Assembly: GCA_029855935.1 (NCBI GenBank)
Contig: JAGSHN010000016.1
Location: 32,001-96,000, forward strand
From: Candidatus Thorarchaeota archaeon
GTDB taxonomy: Archaea > Asgardarchaeota > Thorarchaeia > Thorarchaeales > Thorarchaeaceae
DNA length: 64,000 nucleotides
Direction: 5' to 3'
Positions 1 to 8,521 of the stretch are shown here, piece after piece. The notes below the pieces were generated by a model. The model was not told the origin of the DNA, searched no databases, and worked only from the letters and a program-made list of their open reading frames with translations. The position numbers and the translations under genes are program-made. Each line of letters starts with the position of its first letter. The first letter of the stretch is position 1.

Positions 1-1856
1 TTCTCTGTCTGAAAGCCCCACGTGTTCGAATAGCCGTAGATGTCGCTCCAGTTCGAGTCGAGAACGTCCACATCCCTCGCCTCAACCCAGTATCGTGGTA
101 CTGGGTCGTCAGCACCGCACTCCGGACAGCCTGCCCACTCGCCGTCATCCCTCCCGTGAATGTGGCCACATCTGCGACACTGGAGGATCAGACGGCCCTC
201 CTCTATCATCTGATCGATTCGTCTCTGAGAGTACTTCCAGTGCTTTCCGGGTGGGGGCTCCATCGTACGACCAAAGAATGTCTTGGGACGTCCCGGACCG
301 GTGGAGTCGTTCATGTGCCTCCAGAATCCCTTCCTAGGCCGTCTTCGTGGCCTGAATGGGTCGATGTAGGTGAACGCGTCAGACTTAGAGTAGATGAAGA
401 TCGTGTCGAGTCCCGAGGGGAGCCGACGAATCTCTCTCTCCATCACGTTCTTGCGGAAGCGTCTGACATGGATCTCATTTCGGAAGTTCTCGCGACCGAA
501 CAGTTCGTCCATCAACAGCCTGACCAGCATATTTCCACTGTGATCGCACCTGACCGCCATACAGCCATCCTCGGCCAACATCTGGTGTGCGATATTGAAT
601 CTGTTCTCAAGGAGTGCAACCCACGATGAGTCGTCATAGTTCACACTATAGGAGAAACCAGCATCGTAGCCCTTGTTGAACGGGGGATCGACATAGATAC
701 TCTTGATGCGTCCTCTCAGGGAGGGTAGGAGAGAACTGAGTGCTTGGTAATTCTCGCTGTGAATCAGCTGACCATCGAGCCAACTCTGCTCCGGCCCAAG
801 AGCCTCGACTATCTCTGGTTCCATATCCAAGAAGTAACGTGTGTCAACCGGGAGGTGCAGATAAGGTGAGGATTGAGGTGGGGACGTGAGAACATCAACA
901 AGAGAGGCCTCATCAAGGTCTGACCCATCCGATATAAAGCCCAGAGCAGTCCACTCGGACAGTTGGTCTTTGAACCCTGGATGCCGCACAAGAGTATGAA
1001 TCAGATTGGGACGGGACTCGATCATTCTATCGAGCGATATCACATAGTGCGATTCTATGACAGTCCGTGGTTCGTTCCAGACCTGAACAATCTTCCTCTC
1101 AAGTGGAACGATGGCGCGTATCAGACGAGTGGCAAGTTCTTTGACTGATTGCCACAGGTCCCAGTCAGGCTCGCAGGGTTGTCCGTGGGCTTGCCCTAAG
1201 AGCCATTGGTTCAGCAGCCGTAGGAGCAGGTCTTCTGGGTCTTTGGCCAGAAAGCAGTCGGAGGTCGCCTGTTTCTCGAAGATGCGTACTGCGCGTTCGA
1301 CTGCGTCGCTTGAAACGGAGAGACCGGACCTCCGTAACTCATCTACGAGATTCCGGAGTGTCTTTCGACCAGACCGAACACAACTCACCCGCAGTGCAAT
1401 GGTTGAGTCCTCGACGCTGTCAACGGTGTATACAAACTTCGGAGCAGCCGGAACACTGTCGAGTCTTTGCATTAGAAAATCAAACCGAAGACCGTCGACC
1501 GTCACGCTGAGGTCTGAAACACTGGGAGGGTTCTTGGTGAAATAGAAGTGGCGTGCTAGTCTTAGTGGATGTTCATCGAACATCTTGCAATGATTCTCGA
1601 TGACGTGCGGGAATCGTCCGTTCAGCAGTAGGTCAAGAGCAGTACGAAAGAACTCTGTCACGGCCCTGAGAATGGCTTTGCGGCAAGAGGGCGAATGAAC
1701 CGCTAGACCGCTGAGCATCTTTGCGATAACAGGTTTCACACACGTGAGATAGTGTTGGTGGCGGAGGTGCAGGAGGCGAAGTGGGCCGGCAGCGCCTTGT
1801 AGAGATGCCCCTTCAAAGGACTCACACATTGTTGCAAGAAACAAATCCTCGGCCAC
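1..1856 (-). CDS. Site-specific adenine DNA methyltransferase (type III Mod-like, N4/N6 family), 3' end runs off the window
   Basis: Not in the ORF track. Manual translation of the minus strand gives an open frame from GTG 1856 (or ATG 1829) to the edge, containing LPVDTRYF, LIHSENYQAL, IYVDPPFN (catalytic motif IV, about 677-698), LMDELFGRENFRNEI and DSNWSDI. Confidence 0.9.
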   Translation of the reverse strand, partial: MAEDLFLATMCESFEGASLQGAAGPLRLLHLRHQHYLTCVKPVIAKMLSGLAVHSPSCRKAILRAVTEFFRTALDLLLNGRFPHVIENHCKMFDEHPLRLARHFYFTKNPPSVSDLSVTVDGLRFDFLMQRLDSVPAAPKFVYTVDSVEDSTIALRVSCVRSGRKTLRNLVDELRRSGLSVSSDAVERAVRIFEKQATSDCFLAKDPEDLLLRLLNQWLLGQAHGQPCEPDWDLWQSVKELATRLIRAIVPLERKIVQVWNEPRTVIESHYVISLDRMIESRPNLIHTLVRHPGFKDQLSEWTALGFISDGSDLDEASLVDVLTSPPQSSPYLHLPVDTRYFLDMEPEIVEALGPEQSWLDGQLIHSENYQALSSLLPSLRGRIKSIYVDPPFNKGYDAGFSYSVNYDDSSWVALLENRFNIAHQMLAEDGCMAVRCDHSGNMLVRLLMDELFGRENFRNEIHVRRFRKNVMEREIRRLPSGLDTIFIYSKSDAFTYIDPFRPRRRPRKGFWRHMNDSTGPGRPKTFFGRTMEPPPGKHWKYSQRRIDQMIEEGRLILQCRRCGHIHGRDDGEWAGCPECGADDPVPRYWVEARDVDVLDSNWSDIYGYSNTWGFQTE

Positions 1857-2122
1857 TCCAACCACGGTCCACAGACTTCAGCCACGTTCCATCAACCCAG
1901 CCGCTCCTATTAACCTCACTGAATCCGTTCCTTGGGGCATCTTGGCGAGTCTATGTCTTCTTTGTGCCCAGAATATGGTCATAGTAGAAGAGGACTATGC
2001 AAGAACTGCTCATCTCGTCTGAGTCAGGTTGCCAGCCACTGTGACTATCGCCTATTCCTGGTTATGATTCCCGGGGAACTCGGATGAACGTCTGAACATA
2101 GACGTACCTACACGGCCAGTAG

Positions 2123-2824
2123 TCATCCAAGTCGCTTTCCGCAATTGGAGCAATACTTGGCTGCCATATGATTGATTTGAGCACCGCAATAGGGACAGTT
2201 CGCGCCCTGAGATTCGGGTCCCAGCGCGTATGGTCCCAGAGGTCCATCGGACCCCTGATGAGTTGTTACTTGTGGCCTAACTGAACGTGAAGCCTTTCGT
2301 CTATTGGCCGTTGCCGGCACGCATACTGCGACGAGAAATATGATTGCAGAAAGAACTCCAACAACGGATGCTATGACCAACGGGATGTTCTCTGGTGTTG
2401 AGGAAACATACAGCAGCGCAATCGACCCCTCCACATGTCTGCGAGAGAACCCATCATTGTTAACTAGGACAAAGACCCAAGTATCCGTGTAGGGAATCTC
2501 AAAACTGCCGGAGTGACTCTCTACATTGTACCTCACATAGGCAACATTAGTACTGTTGCCAGTTCTCCACATCTGGTAGCTGTCCCAGTCGCAAATGAAA
2601 AAGTCCACGCCGCCACCGTTGGTGACTTCAAAGCTCCATAGAATCTCGTGGCCCACTAGGGCTTCCCAACACAAGGCATAGGACCCAGGGGCATCAATCC
2701 ATATGTCAATCATTTCCGTCGGCGACCATCGAACGGGATTGTTGCATTCAACAGAACCTGCTACCACTGAGACTGCCCCCGAGGGCAACATCAACGCAAG
2801 TATGAGTACAAGACCCATTCGCAT
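2123..2824 (-). CDS. Single-pass membrane protein: signal peptide, GOLD/emp24-like domain, TM helix, C-terminal double zinc ribbon
   Basis: Start moved to MRMGLVL (GAGGGG upstream). Beta-rich segment WSFEVTNGGGVDFFI...GSFEIPYTDTWVFVLVNND, TM helix LVIASVVGVLSAIIFLVAV, then CPYC...CSNC. Confidence 0.65.
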   Translation of the reverse strand: MRMGLVLILALMLPSGAVSVVAGSVECNNPVRWSPTEMIDIWIDAPGSYALCWEALVGHEILWSFEVTNGGGVDFFICDWDSYQMWRTGNSTNVAYVRYNVESHSGSFEIPYTDTWVFVLVNNDGFSRRHVEGSIALLYVSSTPENIPLVIASVVGVLSAIIFLVAVCVPATANRRKASRSVRPQVTTHQGSDGPLGPYALGPESQGANCPYCGAQINHMAAKYCSNCGKRLG

Positions 2825-3082
2825 AGTAGACCCCTCAAGAGACACATTGTTCTGGCCAGCATTCATTAGATTTCCTGCGCACACAATATGAATAGGTTGC
2901 GCCAAGAATACTGAGTCGTAACCGCAAGTGAAGACGCCACGTGTGAATCATTCTGCTCCGACAAGAATACCCGCAAGCACGCCGAATCCGTGTAGCAGAC
3001 CTCTTGTAGCAGTAGCGTTAAATAGCGAACACCCGCAACCTGCACCGCCCGAGGCTACAACAACACACGGGGTCTGCACAGA

Positions 3083-4336
3083 ATGGTCACAACAATGATC
3101 ATGCAACGTATGAGCGTTGCCATGGAGTATGGCGTCATTCTAAAGTGGCTCAAGAAGGAGGGCGACAGAGTCAAGGCTGGAGACCCCGTGGTCGAGATAT
3201 TCGGTGAGAAGAACGAGTTCGAGCTCGAGGCCCCGGCCGATGGTGTCATTCTGAAGATTCTTGCTGATGTCAACGACGAGATACCCATCAGTGAACCGAT
3301 TGCGATAATCGGCGAACCTGGGGAGGAGATACCTGATATCCGACCCAAGAAGCTCAATGCACCTGAACCTGCCACTGCGGCTGTCGCTTCGCAGGCTCCA
3401 CAGCGCGAGGTCTCGCCGCCGGCCACGACAGCTACTGCTCCGAGTCAGAGTGCAACCAGTATGTTGCCCGGTGGCAGAATCAAGGCCTCTCCCCGGGCCA
3501 AGAGACGCGCGCAGGAGCTGGGTGTGGACTTGGCAACAGTTGTTGGCACAGGTCCAGGTGGCCGGATAGTGGAACGCGATGTTGTGGCGGCTGCCAGAAG
3601 TTCGCAGAGCGTCACAGTACCGACGGGTGCGGTCGAGGACACGCGTGAGGTCGCATCGGTTGAGGTTCTCTCACCTCTGCGGCGTACCATTGCTCGCCGG
3701 ATGTCCCAGAGCTGGGAGCATCCTCACATCACTATGATCACTGAGATTGACATGACAGAGGTCGTGGCCCTGCGTGAGGAGATCAATGAGCGCGCAGAGG
3801 CCGAGCTAGGGATCCGTGTGTCCTTCAATGACATCATCATCAAGGCCGTCGCTGATGTACTAGAGCGCTTTCCGAGGTTCAACGCCGCACTCGATGGGAA
3901 TGAGCTCAGAATCTACAAGGACATCAACATTGGCGTCGCCGTGGCAACTGAGAACGGGCTGGTTGTACCGGTAGTCAGGGCGGCCAACAAGAAGTCCATC
4001 ACGCAGATTGCGCAGGAGACAAAGGTCCTTGGCAAGAAGGCCCGTGAGGGGACGCTCACTCCTGAGGACCTGAGCGGCGGCACATTTACGGTCTCCAACC
4101 TGGGGCCCTTCAATGTAGATCTCTTTATTCCGGTCATCAATCCCCCAGAGACCGCGATACTCGCTCTCGGTCAGATAAGGAAGAAGCCTGTCGTCGTGGA
4201 TGACGAGATAGTCATCCGACACACGATGATGGCGAGCTGTGCGGTCGACCACAGGGTCCTCGACGGCGCACCTGCAGGCCAGTTTCTCGCGGCGCTGAAG
4301 GAGACCCTCGAGAATCCGTTCTTCTTGAAGATATGA
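3083..4336 (+). CDS. 2-oxoacid dehydrogenase E2 (dihydrolipoamide acyltransferase)
   Basis: Lipoyl domain, Ala/Pro-rich linker, peripheral-subunit-binding domain (ASPRAKRRA...GTGPGGRI) and catalytic DHRVLDG. Confidence 0.95.
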   Translation: MVTTMIMQRMSVAMEYGVILKWLKKEGDRVKAGDPVVEIFGEKNEFELEAPADGVILKILADVNDEIPISEPIAIIGEPGEEIPDIRPKKLNAPEPATAAVASQAPQREVSPPATTATAPSQSATSMLPGGRIKASPRAKRRAQELGVDLATVVGTGPGGRIVERDVVAAARSSQSVTVPTGAVEDTREVASVEVLSPLRRTIARRMSQSWEHPHITMITEIDMTEVVALREEINERAEAELGIRVSFNDIIIKAVADVLERFPRFNAALDGNELRIYKDINIGVAVATENGLVVPVVRAANKKSITQIAQETKVLGKKAREGTLTPEDLSGGTFTVSNLGPFNVDLFIPVINPPETAILALGQIRKKPVVVDDEIVIRHTMMASCAVDHRVLDGAPAGQFLAALKETLENPFFLKI

Positions 4337-4447
4337 GTCCGGCCTGAGATGGAAAGATGGACCGCCACACGGGACTCAATGGACTGAGAGTCTTGGGCCG
4401 GAGTCCTTATCTGGTGGGAAGTAGACTGAGTCACAAGAGAGGGCACG

Positions 4448-5275
4448 ATGTTGGCGTGGCGTCTAATTGATGATGGAGAGGTAGACATCTTCAGAAGTCT
4501 GTCCGTTGAGGAGGCTCTTGCCCGTGTCAACGTGGACCGGAAGACAAAGATCAACACGCTGAGGTTCTGGGTATCAGGGCCGGCTGTTGTGCTGGGACGA
4601 TTTCAGTGCTGTCACAAGGAGGTCAATCTTCGCTTCTGTTGGGAGAATGGCATCGCCATTGCCCGACGTTTCACTGGTGGTGGCACGGTCTATCATGACA
4701 AAGGGAACCTCAACTTCGCCCTGTGTATGGACCAGTCGCGGCCCTACGTCCCAAAGACTCTGCCGGAGCTGTACTGGACCTTTGTGGGCGGCATAGCAAG
4801 CGTACTTCAGGAGCTTGGAATCGCTGCCATATTCGACTCGACACGGTCCTGTCTTCGTGTACGCGGCAAGAAGATCACGGGGACCGCAGGCTGGATAAAA
4901 CGGGGAGTGTCATTCATCCACGGCACGCTCCTTGTGGATGCGAATCTCGAGCAACTGTCGATGGCCCTAGATGTTCCTGCAGGTCAGCCAATCTTTCTTA
5001 GAGAGCCCAATCTCCATCGTTGTATGGAGAGTAAGCGCGACGTGGTCACAACGATTGAACGAGAGATGGAGACTCCGCCAACGATGGATGAGATAAAGTC
5101 GGCGGTAGTGAGAGCCGTCAGCAGGATCTCTCATGAGCCCATCGAGCATGGGCCTCTCGCCGACCTTGAGAGGGAGGCTGCAGAGGCTTTATATCGGGAC
5201 CGCTACTCAAGGGCTGAGTGGAACTTGGGCTATCCCCTTCAAGACACCATATCAACCCCCAGGGAGAGCTTGTGA
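4448..5275 (+). CDS. lplA: Lipoate-protein ligase A, catalytic domain only
   Basis: RRFTGGGTVYHD.GNLNF, GKKITGTA and HGTLL motifs; adjacent to E2. Confidence 0.9.
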   Translation: MLAWRLIDDGEVDIFRSLSVEEALARVNVDRKTKINTLRFWVSGPAVVLGRFQCCHKEVNLRFCWENGIAIARRFTGGGTVYHDKGNLNFALCMDQSRPYVPKTLPELYWTFVGGIASVLQELGIAAIFDSTRSCLRVRGKKITGTAGWIKRGVSFIHGTLLVDANLEQLSMALDVPAGQPIFLREPNLHRCMESKRDVVTTIEREMETPPTMDEIKSAVVRAVSRISHEPIEHGPLADLEREAAEALYRDRYSRAEWNLGYPLQDTISTPRESL

Positions 5276-5625
5276 TGACCGACGTGGAGAAGACGCTGAA
5301 GAGTTTTATGAAGCATTTTGGTGCCCTGAACAGGGACATCCCGGACACGAGGAACGCCTTCACGGACCTACTGAAGACGGTCCATGTCGATGGCGCGCTC
5401 CCGGCGAAGTTCAAGGAGATCATCTGCATCGTGGCATCGGTGCTTGCTCCCTGTGAGCCCTGCATCGTCTACCACACCAAGAAGGCCCTTGAGGCTGGTG
5501 CGACGCGTGAGGAGATAATGGAGGCCTGTGGTGTGGCTATCACGATGGGTGGAGGTCCTGCGGTGTCGCATATCTCTGTTGTGCAGGACGCCCTTGACGA
5601 ATGGGCTCCTCGCAAGAAGAAGTAG
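5275..5625 (+). CDS. Carboxymuconolactone decarboxylase / AhpD-like protein
   Basis: Start MTDVEK overlaps the lplA stop (TGATG). Motif KEII...CEPCIVYH...A.EAGATREEI.EA...MGGGPA with a CxxC pair. Confidence 0.9.
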   Translation: MTDVEKTLKSFMKHFGALNRDIPDTRNAFTDLLKTVHVDGALPAKFKEIICIVASVLAPCEPCIVYHTKKALEAGATREEIMEACGVAITMGGGPAVSHISVVQDALDEWAPRKKK

Positions 5626-5636
5626 TTTACTTCGTT

Positions 5637-6680
5637 CTAGTCGAGGTCTGTGAACAGCACCTTGATTGCCTTGCGGGACTCCATATAGTCGAATCCTTGC
5701 CTCCACTCATCCAGACTGATACGATGAGTGATAAGTGGGCGCACGTCAATCTGCCGTGATGCCATCATCCGTAGAGTGGTCACCCACGTCGACGGCAATG
5801 TGCCCCAGGTGCCGAGGACTCTGAGCTCCTTGGTCACAATATCGTCGAGATTCACCTCGATAGGCTTGCCTTGTAGTCCGATGAGTGATATGTTTCCGGC
5901 GACCCTGACAAACTCGAAGGCCTGTCTGCGTGCTGGGCCCGCTCCTGAGGCCTCCACAACAACGTCAGCTCCGAGGCCTTCTGTGTACTCGCGGACGATC
6001 TCGACTGCGTCTGGTTCCGCCTGAACATCAATTGTGAGGTCTGCTCCCAGTCTCTCTGCAATGTCCATCCTCCATTTGTCTGACGTGACACCAGTGACGA
6101 TGACTCTTGAGGCTCCCATCGCCTTGGCAATCTGCACTGATAGGAGCCCCGTTGTCCCCGGCCCCTGCACGAGAACGGTGTCACCTGGCTGGATGGGAGT
6201 GCACTCCACTAGAGTGTGGACGACGCAGGCCGTGGGCTCTGCAACCGCGGCCTCCTCAAGGGTGACTCCCGACGGCACCCTGTGGACTATATACTCAGGT
6301 ACCACCATATATCGCGCAAATGCCCCGTTGGCACGGGACACTCCAAGAATACGCTTGTCCGATGCGGTACATCGGTTCATATGTCCAGTCTTGCAGTGAA
6401 AGCACTGCCCACAGTACGCAGTCGCCGGCCCTGTGACACGGTCTCCCTCGTTGATGTTTTCGACACCGTCGCCGACCGCAATCACTTCGCCGGCATATTC
6501 GTGTCCCATGATGATAGGCGGAGTGTAGAAGGCGGTGTCGTGCTTGATATGTACGTCAGAGCCGCAGATACCGGCTGCCGCTATACGGACGAGTACCTCT
6601 CCCCTTCTAGGTCTTGGATCGGGTACCTCGCGTATCTCCAGATTGCCGGGCCCTCGCGCAGTCTTCATCAGGCCTCTCAA
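5637..6680 (-). CDS. Zinc-dependent medium-chain alcohol/polyol dehydrogenase
   Basis: ICGSD, GHEYAGEV, CGQCFHC...C structural zinc site and QGPGTTG nucleotide-binding loop. Confidence 0.92.
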   Translation of the reverse strand: MRGLMKTARGPGNLEIREVPDPRPRRGEVLVRIAAAGICGSDVHIKHDTAFYTPPIIMGHEYAGEVIAVGDGVENINEGDRVTGPATAYCGQCFHCKTGHMNRCTASDKRILGVSRANGAFARYMVVPEYIVHRVPSGVTLEEAAVAEPTACVVHTLVECTPIQPGDTVLVQGPGTTGLLSVQIAKAMGASRVIVTGVTSDKWRMDIAERLGADLTIDVQAEPDAVEIVREYTEGLGADVVVEASGAGPARRQAFEFVRVAGNISLIGLQGKPIEVNLDDIVTKELRVLGTWGTLPSTWVTTLRMMASRQIDVRPLITHRISLDEWRQGFDYMESRKAIKVLFTDLD

Positions 6681-6891
6681 GAACGCTTACCTCGGTTCGG
6701 CAGCAGAGTCGTACCACTATAGAATGTTATGGGTTGTGGTCAGGGCCCCGCACAGTCTTCACCAGATGGTCGCCATGAGAGAGGTGAATAGAACAGGTCC
6801 TCCCCCGTTGACGCATATCTTGTCCGAGCCCGAAACACGTTATCGGGTCATCCACTCTCTCAATGTGACCCCGCTCTTGAGAGAAGCCTGT

Positions 6892-7167
6892 TCACAGGAG
6901 CCTGAGGAGTGATGGGGGCTCGTGGCCCTCGTCGACGGGTTGTACCTTGAAATGCGGCCCCTGTTCATTTCGCAGGCGTGAGGCTGTGTGTGCTCCCACG
7001 AATCTCTTCCTAGTGTCTGCCTTCTGCCCCTGCCATATGTAGATTGATCTGCTGTCAGAGTCGACAATGCATAGCACTTTTTCCGGACTCAGAGCCTTCC
7101 GTGTGAGCTCTATCTTGAATGAGGTGCCGTCGTCTCTCATCTCTAGGGCTTCGGTCAATCCGTTCAC
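6892..7167 (-). CDS. Single-domain gelsolin-like protein
   Basis: LSPEKVLCIVD...IYIWQGQKA...KRFVGA..A..L...VDEGHEP..LL matches the gelsolin repeat consensus. Confidence 0.8.
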   Translation of the reverse strand: MNGLTEALEMRDDGTSFKIELTRKALSPEKVLCIVDSDSRSIYIWQGQKADTRKRFVGAHTASRLRNEQGPHFKVQPVDEGHEPPSLLRLL

Positions 7168-7281
7168 TCATCCTGTGTCTGCTGTTGTATCACTCTTGAA
7201 CTGTCGTGTTTTGACAGCTATACTGATTCTCTGGCAGTCGGACCCTTTAATGCTCCTATGCTTCGCCCTCGAAACTTCGCC

Positions 7282-7641
7282 TCACAAGCGCTCGAGTCTG
7301 GCGTGCACAACACCACCGCAGTAGGCACACTTCGCCTCCAGAGGACCAATCCAGTCTATGTCCTCAGGCGAGAGTGTTGCTCCACACGACGGGCACTTGG
7401 ACGGTAGCCGAACTGTGCGAATCTCAGAGGCACCCTCGGCTCTCGTCCATCTTGACCTTGGGATGGCGGACTCAGGTGCCTCCATCACGAAGGACCCGAT
7501 GGCGCTCATTGCGTCCTGCGAGACTCTTCCAAAGAACTTGAGAGCCAGGCATGCAGCCATCGCGAAGACAACAATGACGATGATGATGGCAACGGTCATC
7601 ATGGTCTGAATACCATAGAACCACGTGAATGGTATCTGCAA
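7282..7641 (-). CDS. Small membrane-anchored zinc-ribbon protein
   Basis: TTG start after AGGTGA, N-terminal TM helix, C-terminal CPSCG...CAYCG. Confidence 0.75.
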   Translation of the reverse strand: MQIPFTWFYGIQTMMTVAIIIVIVVFAMAACLALKFFGRVSQDAMSAIGSFVMEAPESAIPRSRWTRAEGASEIRTVRLPSKCPSCGATLSPEDIDWIGPLEAKCAYCGGVVHARLERL

Positions 7642-7785
7642 GGATGTTATCACCTTTCCTGTGGGTTGAATGGGTCTGCATCCGATTATCTTATTTACTT
7701 TGTTCATTGCCCGCGGACTCACAATCTACAGGTCCCTCACCAAATCTGTACTGATGGCCGCACGGACCAAGACCGGTGACAAACG

Positions 7786-8505
7786 ATGGCTCACGAAGAT
7801 CTCGCCGAGAGGTACGCCCCCATCCTGCACTTTCATCCTGACGAGGGAAGATGGTGCTGCTTTCCATCGGATGCCGAGCACATCTACAGCAAGTTTCATA
7901 ACGACTGGTCGTCGTTCACGAGAGATCTCTCACCAAAGACTCTCAACAGTTCAGCGCCCTGCTATTACGAGGTCTTTGAGCACGACGGCTGGACCCAGAT
8001 TCGGTACTGGTTCTGGTACAACTACAATAGGTTTCCTGGAGGTCACTTCGGCTTCGGCGATCATCTCGGCGACTGGGAACACGTGGAGGTCCGGCTGTAT
8101 CCCGAACTGAACGGTGGTGTGACACTGTGGCTCCTGTCGAACCATCTCACAGCCCGCCTTGGGTCCCGACCAGGAGGCTATGTGCTACCGGGATTGGCTC
8201 CCGAGCCGCTCGCAATCGAGGCTGATCAAGTTCACGTGTGGGTCGCCCTCGGCTCGCATGCCAACTATCCGTCGCCCTTGAGCCGACCCAAGTGCTTTCT
8301 GAAGTTCTGGTGCGACCGTATCAGTGACGGCGGCCCCGTCTGGCACACGGAAACAAATCTCGTCTCGCTCAGGGAGACGAACTTCTATCACTTCAAGGGA
8401 CGATGGGGCGATGAGAAGGCGCCACGCAGTCCGACGAATGGCTACAACAACCCGTGGAGGAACTCAACACACAGCCAACCCGTCCCCCTCTCAGACATCA
8501 CCTGA
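7786..8505 (+). CDS. Vps62-related protein
   Basis: YAPILHFHPDE, YWFWYNYN, GDHLGDWEHV, ALGSHANY and FKGRWG motifs. Confidence 0.8.
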   Translation: MAHEDLAERYAPILHFHPDEGRWCCFPSDAEHIYSKFHNDWSSFTRDLSPKTLNSSAPCYYEVFEHDGWTQIRYWFWYNYNRFPGGHFGFGDHLGDWEHVEVRLYPELNGGVTLWLLSNHLTARLGSRPGGYVLPGLAPEPLAIEADQVHVWVALGSHANYPSPLSRPKCFLKFWCDRISDGGPVWHTETNLVSLRETNFYHFKGRWGDEKAPRSPTNGYNNPWRNSTHSQPVPLSDIT

Positions 8506-8521
8506 ACATTCTCCGCGGCCA

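Noticed and set aside
95-1545. Plus-strand ORFs 95-337, 156-629, 963-1148 and 1111-1545
   Set aside because: They are antisense shadows of the minus-strand methyltransferase, which has clear motifs.
1-2100. Defence island or mobile element around the methyltransferase
   Set aside because: No integrase, transposase, terminal repeats or restriction subunit are visible in this window; a partner could lie beyond the left edge.
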